This document shows, one piece after another, positions 33,128-40,000 of a DNA stretch of 40,000 nucleotides. The notes beneath the pieces were generated by a model. The model searched no databases. It was not told where the DNA came from and worked only from the letters and a program-made list of their open reading frames with translations. Every line of letters starts with the position of its first letter. Positions within the stretch are counted from its first letter, which is position 1. A program made the translations under genes and the position numbers. Source of the DNA: an uncultured Acidobacteriota bacterium (GTDB lineage: Bacteria; Acidobacteriota; Terriglobia; Terriglobales; Acidobacteriaceae); the NCBI GenBank assembly GCA_963715675.1, contig OY970265.1:2822677-2862676 (forward strand), read 5' to 3'.

Positions 33128-34492
33128 CCGGGGGCATCCCTGACATTTTAGACCGGGCACATACCTGACACTTTTTCTTCCTCTCTCTCGAGGGGATGGG
33201 GTGCCGGGGAAGGGGATGCATCCCCTTCCCTGGCCGCAGCTTGGTCGAAGCGGGCTGCCTTGGGCAACGGTACCACGCGCCGTTGCCAGCTATCAAAACG
33301 TCCGATGGACAGGTGCGCGAAGTAAATCGTGTACCAGCGCTCATCGACCGGCAACAGCCCCACCCGCTCGCCCCATAGCACCTCGCTCAAGAACACGTCG
33401 TGCCGCTGCTTCCAGCGGAAATGCCCATGCGAGCGCACGCTGCACACCAGCATGGTCGAGGGATACTCCGGCTCCGGCACCCGTACCGGATACTCTCGTC
33501 CCGACGGCACGTAGACACTGGCCGGGGTCTGCATCGCCAGCGCTTCGTGCGGTCGCACTTCGTTGTATTCCCAGCGGAAGCCGTGCAGCGCCCGCTGTTG
33601 CGCTCGCCGGTCCTTTTCTGGCGGCATGGCCACTTCCTGCTTCAGGGTGCGGTGCAGGCGCTCGTGCCGCCCGTTCTGCTCGGGATGTCCCGCCTCGATC
33701 CGCTCCGGCACAATCCCCAGCTTGATCCACCACACCGCCAGCCGCGACAGCCCGCCCAGCGCCAGCGAGGCGAACGGCGTTCCATTGTCGGTGCGGATGG
33801 CCTGCGGCAAGCCATACTCCCGAAACGCCGCCTCGAAGATCGCCCGCACCCGCTCAGTGTCCGTCTTCTCCACCGCCTGGCAGCGCAGCAAGTAGCGGCT
33901 GTACGCATCGGAAATCGTCAAAGGATCGATGCGCTCCCCGTTGCCGGTGCCGAACCAGCCTTTGAAATCTGCGCACCACACCCGGTTCGGCCCGTCGGCG
34001 TGCGCCAACGGTTCGGTGTAGGGCGCCGTCTTCCGCCGTTTCTTCCGCCCCACTACCAGCCCTTCCCGCTTCAGCAGCCCGCCGATGGTGCTGGCCGCCG
34101 GCCATCGCCGTCCCGGTTGGTCTCGTTCCAGCACCCGCTTCAACTTCCGCGGTCCCCACCGCATGTGCGCTTGCCGCAGCTCCAAAACCGCTTGCTCGAT
34201 CGCCGCCGGCGTCTGGTTGGCATGCCGCTCTGCCGACCGCTTTCGTTCCCCCAGCCCTTCCGCTCCCACTTGCCGATACCGCCGCAGCCACACGTACCCG
34301 GTCTCGCGCGCGATCCCGTAGAGCTGGCACAGTTCCGTCATGGTGTGCTCATCCCGTTCATACTCAAAGATGAACCGTAGCTTCTCTTCCATTGCACTGC
34401 TCACTTTCCATGGCATGCGCTCTGTTGTAGCGCGCCGGCCATTGCGCAGTGTCAGGAATGCTCCCGGTCTGTTTTGTCAGGGATGCCCCCGG
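33128..34492 (-). mobile_element. IS481-family insertion sequence, apparently intact (~1365 bp)
   Basis: About 44-bp IRs are present. CCGGGGGCATCCCTGACATTTTAGACCGGGCACATACCTGACAC starts at 33128. The reverse complement of 34449-34492 is CCGGGGGCATCCCTGACAAAACAGACCGGGAGCATTCCTGACAC. No clear target duplication was found. Confidence 0.75.
33148..34416 (-). CDS. IS481-family transposase (HTH + rve DDE core)
   Basis: 422 aa. Family blocks are ELCQLYGIARETGYVWLRRY, VWCADFKG (D), AIRTDNGTPFAS (D), PEQNGRHERLHRTLKQE (E) and RPHEALAMQTPASVY. Confidence 0.9.
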   Translation of the reverse strand: MPWKVSSAMEEKLRFIFEYERDEHTMTELCQLYGIARETGYVWLRRYRQVGAEGLGERKRSAERHANQTPAAIEQAVLELRQAHMRWGPRKLKRVLERDQPGRRWPAASTIGGLLKREGLVVGRKKRRKTAPYTEPLAHADGPNRVWCADFKGWFGTGNGERIDPLTISDAYSRYLLRCQAVEKTDTERVRAIFEAAFREYGLPQAIRTDNGTPFASLALGGLSRLAVWWIKLGIVPERIEAGHPEQNGRHERLHRTLKQEVAMPPEKDRRAQQRALHGFRWEYNEVRPHEALAMQTPASVYVPSGREYPVRVPEPEYPSTMLVCSVRSHGHFRWKQRHDVFLSEVLWGERVGLLPVDERWYTIYFAHLSIGRFDSWQRRVVPLPKAARFDQAAAREGDASPSPAPHPLEREEEKVSGMCPV

Positions 34493-34509
34493 TCCGTACC
34501 TTTTGAGGT

Positions 34510-34614
34510 GATATACCCCCTCCCCACCGGTCTAGTGGAATCATCAGGTTACGGACATTTTCCCGGCAAAATCTAGATTCGATTGGGGTTATAGGCAAAA
34601 TCTAGAAAAGACAG
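34510..34614 (+). repeat. ~107-bp dispersed repeat, copy 2, directly abutting the IS481 right end
   Basis: See 19782-19888. It contains two internal sub-repeats of the form GGTTA..GG(C)AAAATCTAGA. Confidence 0.7.
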
Positions 34615-35000
34615 GAGTTATGGACCGTCTGCGACGGGGCGTAGGTTCCGTTTTGGAACTGGCTGCTCCGCAGTAGCGGTTCAAAGTTGGGTCATCCGGA
34701 AGCCAGAGCGCGGGGGAGATCCACGCGAGATCCCCCTCGACTTCGCTCAGGGCAGGTCTCCCTCGGCTGAAATGCGCCGAGGCTCGGGATGACGCCTCGG
34801 CAGAGAGCCGACAGTTCCGGCATCTCGAGGCGCGGGCGAGGCGTCCCCGCATTGCCCGGAGCAAATTGTCAAAGATCTTTAGTTCTCTTTTGGATAAGTC
34901 TTACAGGTAAAGATTATCTCGTTGGGGACAAGCGGGTCAAGGGGAAAGCGCGCGGCGCACGGACGGACGCTTCGCCCATACTGCCGGGCTTTGTCCGGCC

Positions 35001-35291
35001 GGACAGCCGGGAGCGGCTGTCCCTACACGGACGGATCAAGAGCGGCGGACAGGAATGTCCGCCCTACACAGGCGAGGCTCAGGGGTCGCATTCGCAGAAT
35101 GCATAGATCCTTCGTCGGGAGTCCTTCGTAAGCGAAGGACTCCGCTTCTCAGGATGACAGACAAGGAAAACCAGGCGGGACGGACCCTGGAATCCCACCC
35201 TTGGCACGGAACCGTCGAGAATGGGAAACGAGGAGGCCTCCGCTGCGTGGAACCTCCAAAGCAAAGTCAAAGGCGGATAGGAGTGTCCGCC
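35001..35291. repeat. cluster of REP-like hairpins of two families in a ~775-bp gene-free region
   Basis: Family 1 is GGCGGACA-GGAA-TGTCCGCC followed by C(T/C)ACAC at 35044-35063 and 35272-35291. A stem variant GGACAGCCG-GGAG-CGGCTGTCC+CTACAC lies at 35001-35022. Family 2 is GGAGTCCTTCG-TAAG-CGAAGGACTCC at 35118-35143. Confidence 0.75.
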
Positions 35292-35365
35292 CCACACACA
35301 CCATCTTTCATCCGGAGCGGGATGGAGGAAAAGCTGGGCAGCCCCAGCTCCGTATTTAGGACTCG

Positions 35366-37603
35366 TTATTTCTTTGCCCATTGATCCACCCAGTCGTTCA
35401 CCGTTTTGTACCAGAGCTGGCTGTTCTGCAGTTTGAGCACCCAATGGCCTTCGTCGGGGAAGTAAAGCATCTTCGACGGCACGCCCAGCATTTGCAGGGT
35501 GGTGAAAAGCTGCAAGCCTTCTGAGACATCCAGCCGGTAGTCGAGCTGGCCGTGGATCACCAGCGTTGGCGTTTTGAAATTCTTGGCAGCCAGGTGCGGC
35601 GACCATTTGCGGTAGAGCTCGCGGTTGTCGTATAGCGGGCCTCTAAACTCCCAGTTGTTGAACCAGAGTTCCTCGGTTGTGCCCCAATCAGACTCGTTAT
35701 TGAAAGTGCCGTCGTGGGAGACGATGCACTTGAAGCGGTCGGTGTGGCCGAGAATCCAGTTAGCCATGTAGCCACCGAAACTCGCTCCCAGCGCGCATTC
35801 GCGGTCCTTGTCGATGAACGGATAAGTTTTCTCGGCATAGTCGAGGCCCTTCATCAAGTCTTCAAACGGAGCTCCACCCCAGTCGCCGTTGATCGAATCG
35901 ATGAACTTCTGCCCGTATCCGGTCGAGCCGTGGAAGTTGATCATAATGACAACGTATCCGTTGGCGGCGAAAAGTTCGGGATTCCAGCGGTAGCTCCAGT
36001 CGTCTCCCCAGGCGCCCTGCGGCCCGCCGTGTAGCAGGAATTTCACCGGATATTTCTTGTTGGGATCGAAGTTCGGCGGCTTGACCATGAAGCCTTCGAC
36101 TTTGTCTTTGCTGGCACCCTCAAACCAGAACGATTCAAGGGGAGACATGGAGATATCCCAGAGCACTGACTCGTTTACGTGGGTGAGTTCCTCGGGCGTT
36201 GTTACGATTGAATAGCAACGCCGATCCGTAGGCTTCCCCGGAGCGTCGGTATTGTCTTCCTTGCAGAGGTGAACATGACTGAAGACAATCTCGTTTGGAG
36301 ATTCCAGAGACATGTTGGTAAAAAGAAGGATGTCGTCCGACGTAACTACGAGATTATCGTCAAACCCTTTACTGCGACCTCCCAGAGGCAGAGGCCCGCT
36401 GGGGCCGTAGAAAAGAGGCATGCGGGTATTCATCTCGAGAATTGCTTCCTTCTTTCCAACTCCTTCTCGTAGAGGTTCCCAGGGATGGCCGATGTTGATC
36501 TTGAAGATTGGGGCTTCCCCTTGTAACTCGGCAACGAAGAAGATAAATGCTGATTCTGGGGACCACACAAATGTGTCTACCCAACTGTCGAATCCTTCGG
36601 TAAGATTCTTTTTCTCGCCCGTCTTGCGGTCGTACAGCATCAAGCGGAAGCGGTCGCTCTCGTATCCCGGGCGCTGCTGCGCGCAATAGGCGATGTACTT
36701 TCCATCCGGCGAATAGAGCGGGGACGAATCGCTCGCGGGATTGTCGGCGGTGATGTTCCTGGATGGTCCTCCATTCACCGAGACGATCCACAAATCGTTA
36801 TTGGTGGAAGTGGCTTCGACCTTGTCGTGATTCGAGGTGTAGCAAATCTCCTGGCCATCAGGCGAGAAGGCATAGTCGTCTTGCCCACCTAGCGAGAACG
36901 GCGGCGCATCGTAATCGCCGGGAGTGAGGTCGCGGGCTGCGCCCGCCGGACAGCCGAGGGTGGCTGTCCCCACGCAGTCGGCGGGAATTACGAACAAGTG
37001 GCTGCGCTTGCCTTCTTTGTATGCGTTCCAGTGCCGGTAGAGGAGATGCTCGAAAACGAGGGCCTTGACCTTGGATTTCTCATGCTCTTCAACTTTCTTC
37101 GTGTTACAGGCCGCTTCCGCCTCGGGCGTGCCGTCGCACTCGGGATAGACATTCGAAACGAACAGAATGTTCTTCCCATCGGGCGACCAAAGCTCGCCGT
37201 CCGCTTCCGTGGCGATTGAGGTGAGCTTGTGAGCACCCGTTACCGTGCCCGCAGCGCCGTCAAAATCGGCGATCCAGACCTGCGATCCGCCCTCTTTTCC
37301 CGAAATGAACGCGAAGCGCTTGCCATCAGGCGCCCAGCGCGGCCGGTCGGCATCCTGATCGGCGATGATCTTCCGCTCCTGTCCGCCCGCGGTAGGCACA
37401 ATCCAGATGTGCGGCGTCTTCTTGTTGGCGGCGAGATCGACATCGACAACGCTGAAAATCACCCACTTGCCATTCGGCGAAACCTCGGGCTCGCCGACGC
37501 GCTTGAGCGACATCATGTCTTCGAAAGTGAAGGGATGTTTGCTTTGGCTAAAACCGGAAACAGCCAGCGACATGAGAAAGAAGAGGAAAAAGGAACGGCG
37601 CAT
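35366..37603 (-). CDS. S9-family serine peptidase (prolyl oligopeptidase / acylaminoacyl-peptidase type), secreted
   Basis: ATG at 37603 follows GGAGGG. The signal peptide is MRRSFFLFFLMSLAVSGFS. An N-terminal beta-propeller (WSPDGK repeats) is followed by the C-terminal hydrolase motifs GASFGGYM (Ser) and FPDEGHW (His). The 1125-aa ORF in the track is an upstream read-through artefact. Confidence 0.88.
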   Translation of the reverse strand: MRRSFFLFFLMSLAVSGFSQSKHPFTFEDMMSLKRVGEPEVSPNGKWVIFSVVDVDLAANKKTPHIWIVPTAGGQERKIIADQDADRPRWAPDGKRFAFISGKEGGSQVWIADFDGAAGTVTGAHKLTSIATEADGELWSPDGKNILFVSNVYPECDGTPEAEAACNTKKVEEHEKSKVKALVFEHLLYRHWNAYKEGKRSHLFVIPADCVGTATLGCPAGAARDLTPGDYDAPPFSLGGQDDYAFSPDGQEICYTSNHDKVEATSTNNDLWIVSVNGGPSRNITADNPASDSSPLYSPDGKYIAYCAQQRPGYESDRFRLMLYDRKTGEKKNLTEGFDSWVDTFVWSPESAFIFFVAELQGEAPIFKINIGHPWEPLREGVGKKEAILEMNTRMPLFYGPSGPLPLGGRSKGFDDNLVVTSDDILLFTNMSLESPNEIVFSHVHLCKEDNTDAPGKPTDRRCYSIVTTPEELTHVNESVLWDISMSPLESFWFEGASKDKVEGFMVKPPNFDPNKKYPVKFLLHGGPQGAWGDDWSYRWNPELFAANGYVVIMINFHGSTGYGQKFIDSINGDWGGAPFEDLMKGLDYAEKTYPFIDKDRECALGASFGGYMANWILGHTDRFKCIVSHDGTFNNESDWGTTEELWFNNWEFRGPLYDNRELYRKWSPHLAAKNFKTPTLVIHGQLDYRLDVSEGLQLFTTLQMLGVPSKMLYFPDEGHWVLKLQNSQLWYKTVNDWVDQWAKK

Positions 37604-37855
37604 ACTCGACCCTCCGTGAGAACGGGTAAGTGTAGAGTAAAACTCCTTTGACCGCCACCCCGACCTCTTTTCTTGAATTTCTACCCACTCGTTGGAAACT
37701 GGAGGTTCTGCCTCCGCCTTGCCGAGCGGCGGCTTCCTCGGGCCAGATACTGCTGATCGAGCGCCCCGTGCATGATCTTCGTTCCGATGGACCAACTGAT
37801 CCAGCAGCAACATCCTCCGGAGTTCGGGTGGACGCAGAAGCCCGGACCAAGCGCC

Positions 37856-37875
37856 GGCGGACAGGAGTGTCCCCC
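37856..37875. repeat. REP-like hairpin family 1, degenerate copy
   Basis: GGCGGACAGGAGTGTCCCCC followed by TACAC. Confidence 0.55.
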
Positions 37876-38002
37876 TACACAGGGGGCGTCGCAGGCAAAA
37901 ACTTGTGACGCGGAGAGGGCTATTTTCTGCAGGGGACCGTCTAAGGGAACCAGCGGCGTTTTTGAGCAGCTTATCCGAGGAGCTTTTCGAGGAGGATCGA
38001 AC

Positions 38003-38617
38003 ATGAACAAAATGTTTCTGACAGTATTGTTGCTTCTGGCGGGACTGAGTGCTGGGGTGGTTGGCGCGCGGGCGCAGAATTCCGATTCCGCGGCAACCGC
38101 GGACCACACGGCTCCCAGTTATGACATGAAGGGCCAGTCTCTGTTTGACTTGCAGGCGGTGCAGAAGAAGTTTGTGGACCTGGCCAACGCCCTCCCGGCC
38201 GACAAGTTCACATGGCGACCGTCGGCGGACTCGCGGTCTTTCGCGGAAGTCTTTCTGCACGTGGCAGGCGAGCGTTACGGAATTCTGGGACTGATGGGAG
38301 TTGAGCCTCCCGCGGGATTCGATGGAAAGACCCTTGAGAAGTCCACGACCGATCGTGAACGGATCGTCGAGGAATTGAACAAGTCTTGGGACTTTGCTCA
38401 GAAGGCGATCAACGGCATGAGCAACGCGGATTTCGCGAAGCTGCTGCCGAAGCTTGGACCGCAGGCGAATGCTGGAGACGTGGTGTACATTTTGGCCGCC
38501 GACGCACATGAGCACCTGGGACAGTCGGTGGCTTATGCGCGAGAGAACGGGATCGTCCCGCCGTGGACAGTGGAGGCGCAGAAGAAAGCCGCGGAGAAGA
38601 AAGCGGAGCAGAAGTAG
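38003..38617 (+). CDS. DinB-superfamily protein with signal peptide
   Basis: ATG at 38003 follows GGAGGA. The signal peptide is MNKMFLTVLLLLAGLSAGVVGARA. His-containing helices FLHVAGERY and ADAHEHLGQ fit the DinB pattern. Confidence 0.7.
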   Translation: MNKMFLTVLLLLAGLSAGVVGARAQNSDSAATADHTAPSYDMKGQSLFDLQAVQKKFVDLANALPADKFTWRPSADSRSFAEVFLHVAGERYGILGLMGVEPPAGFDGKTLEKSTTDRERIVEELNKSWDFAQKAINGMSNADFAKLLPKLGPQANAGDVVYILAADAHEHLGQSVAYARENGIVPPWTVEAQKKAAEKKAEQK

Positions 38618-38667
38618 GGCCGGCGTGTCGGCGTGTCGCGTCCGGAGAATGCATAGGTCCTTGGTCG

Positions 38668-38785
38668 GGAGTCCTCCGTGTACGAAGGACTCCATCTCCT
38701 CAGGGTCACAGACCGGGGCATCCGTAGAACTCGCTGCTTCCAATCACAAAAGCAATGTTCAAGGCGGCGGACAAGAATGTCCGCC
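38668..38785. repeat. REP-like hairpins (family 2 at 38668-38693, family 1 at 38766-38785)
   Basis: The family 2 copy is GGAGTCCTCCG-TGTA-CGAAGGACTCC with one mismatch. The family 1 copy is GGCGGACA-AGAA-TGTCCGCC+CCACAC. The flanks GAATGCATAG.TCCTT.GTCGG are also shared with 35095-35117. Confidence 0.7.
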
Positions 38786-38897
38786 CCACACGGGCGCAGG
38801 GACTTTTGGGCCAGGCTGGGAAGGTGATATAGAAGATGAGGATGGTTTGGATGACTGCCAGCAAATCAAGTCCGGGGCCGAACCGCGCGGGGGGAAA

Positions 38898-40000
38898 TTG
38901 AGTCTTTCCGCCGGCAGCAGGCAGACGCTCTTCTGCAGCATTCTTCTGGCGGTGGTCGGGGCAGCCGTTTACACCCCGGTCGTGCGCAACCCGTTTACCG
39001 ATTACGACGACACAATCTATGTCACAAACAACCGCCATGTGCAGGCGGGACTGACCTGGAACACCTTCACCTGGGCATGGACCACGACCGAGGCGGAAAA
39101 CTGGCATCCGGTGACCTGGTTCTCTCACGCGCTGGATTGTCAACTGTTCGGACTGAGCGCCTCCGGACATCATCTAATGAGCGTCCTGCTGCATGTGATC
39201 AACGTCCTGCTCCTCTTCCTATTGCTGGCGCGGGTCACGGGGGCGACGGGGCGGAGCTTGCTGGTCGCGGTATTGTTTGCCGTTCATCCGCTCAACGTCG
39301 AGTCCGTAGTATGGGTAGCAGAGCGCAAGAATGTGTTGAGCACGCTGCTGTTGCTGCTGGCAGTGGGGTCATACGGGTGGTACGCGCGGCGGCCGAGCGT
39401 TCAACGCTATCTGGTGATGGCGGCGCTTTTTGGCTTGGGGCTGGCTGCGAAGCCCATGGTGATCACTCTGCCTTTTGTGCTTCTGCTGCTGGACTTCTGG
39501 CCGCTGCAGAGAATCGAGGGATGGGGCAAGCCGGCGCAGGCACTCCGTTCAACCGCACGCAAGAAACGCAAGGAACGATCCGAAGCACCGCATGCCGAAA
39601 GTGAACCGCGATTCTCTGTGCGCCAGGCTCCCTTCTCACGGCTGGTGCTGGAAAAGCTGCCGCTCCTGGCGTTTTGTGCGGGAAGCGCTGTAATCACCAT
39701 CGTCGCCCAGCAAGCCAACGCGATCCGGACACTGGAGAAGTTTCCGTTGGGAGCGCGACTGGAAAACGCTGTGTATAGCTATGCGATGTATGCATGGAAG
39801 GCAGTCTGGCCGACACAGCTGGCGGTGTTCTATCCCCAAGTCGGAAGAACGCTCGTGGCCTGGCAGCTAGGACTGGCGGCACTGTTTCTGGCAGGGGTGA
39901 GCGTGGTGGTCTGGCAGCAGCGTTTCGCCCGGCGGTATCTGATGACCGGCTGGTTATGGTACCTGGGCACGCTGGTGCCGGTGATTGGACTGGTGCAGGT
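38898..40000 (+). CDS. GT-C fold membrane glycosyltransferase-like protein (PMT/ArnT/TMTC-like), 3'-partial; start uncertain
   Basis: The frame is open to the window end, so it is absent from the ORF track. It reads ...VYTPVVRNPFTDYDDTIYVTNNRHVQAGL...ENWHPVTWFSHALDCQLFG...HHLMSVLLHVINVLLLF...FAVHPLNVESVVWVAERKNVLS with many TM helices. The only in-frame start candidates are TTG codons (38898, 38847). See the poly-G finding. Confidence 0.7.
   Translation, partial: MSLSAGSRQTLFCSILLAVVGAAVYTPVVRNPFTDYDDTIYVTNNRHVQAGLTWNTFTWAWTTTEAENWHPVTWFSHALDCQLFGLSASGHHLMSVLLHVINVLLLFLLLARVTGATGRSLLVAVLFAVHPLNVESVVWVAERKNVLSTLLLLLAVGSYGWYARRPSVQRYLVMAALFGLGLAAKPMVITLPFVLLLLDFWPLQRIEGWGKPAQALRSTARKKRKERSEAPHAESEPRFSVRQAPFSRLVLEKLPLLAFCAGSAVITIVAQQANAIRTLEKFPLGARLENAVYSYAMYAWKAVWPTQLAVFYPQVGRTLVAWQLGLAALFLAGVSVVVWQQRFARRYLMTGWLWYLGTLVPVIGLVQ

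Noticed and set aside
37604-38743. N-terminal 380 aa of the 1125-aa ORF 35366..38743.
   Set aside because: This part reads through REP-like intergenic DNA and runs antisense to the DinB-like gene. A canonical signal peptide with an RBS begins at 37603, so only 35366-37603 is called.
38706-39173. 155-aa minus-strand ORF and the plus-strand ORFs 39077..39604 and 39475..39693.
   Set aside because: They overlap the open-ended plus-frame glycosyltransferase-like gene, which has strong family-typical motifs and TM helices. These alternatives are Arg/Gly/Ala-rich with no motifs.

Overview
The window looks like chromosomal DNA from a soil Acidobacteriota-type bacterium. Supporting features are a GloVer-repeat beta-propeller protein, BamD, rpe, galU, purE/purD, a DtxR-Nramp pair and many REP-like hairpins. 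It has two parts. (1) Roughly 1-14.5 kb is visibly lower-GC, mosaic accessory DNA. (2) 14.5-40 kb is core genes interrupted by IS elements: one clean IS256-family insertion and three IS481-like elements, two of them apparently defective. This part also carries dispersed repeat families. The main result is a ~10.6-kb casposon-like element at 3893-14498. It is bounded by 35/36-bp terminal inverted repeats, each abutted by the same 14-mer GGCAAACCACCGGA, which fits a target-site duplication. It carries a Cas1-type integrase with no cas2 and no CRISPR array, a family-B DNA polymerase remnant, an HNH protein, an HTH protein and cargo. The cargo is a beta-class SPPF DNA methyltransferase, a HerA-like ATPase fragment, a DUF4406-like protein and membrane proteins. 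The element appears decayed. The polymerase is frameshifted and lacks its polymerase domain, and an intact IS3-family element cuts the 3' end of the Cas1-like gene without a target duplication. A third, perfectly identical TIR copy sits directly left of the left 14-mer (TIR-14mer-TIR palindrome at 3843-3928). This suggests a second, tandem element occupying 1-3878. Its visible cargo is a translationally coupled cassette (3-TM protein, acidic protein, Pol-beta nucleotidyltransferase) followed by a zinc-ribbon/DUF4145 (HEPN-type RNxxxH) gene, which is a candidate conflict module of unknown type. All functional calls come from reading motifs by eye; no database search was possible.
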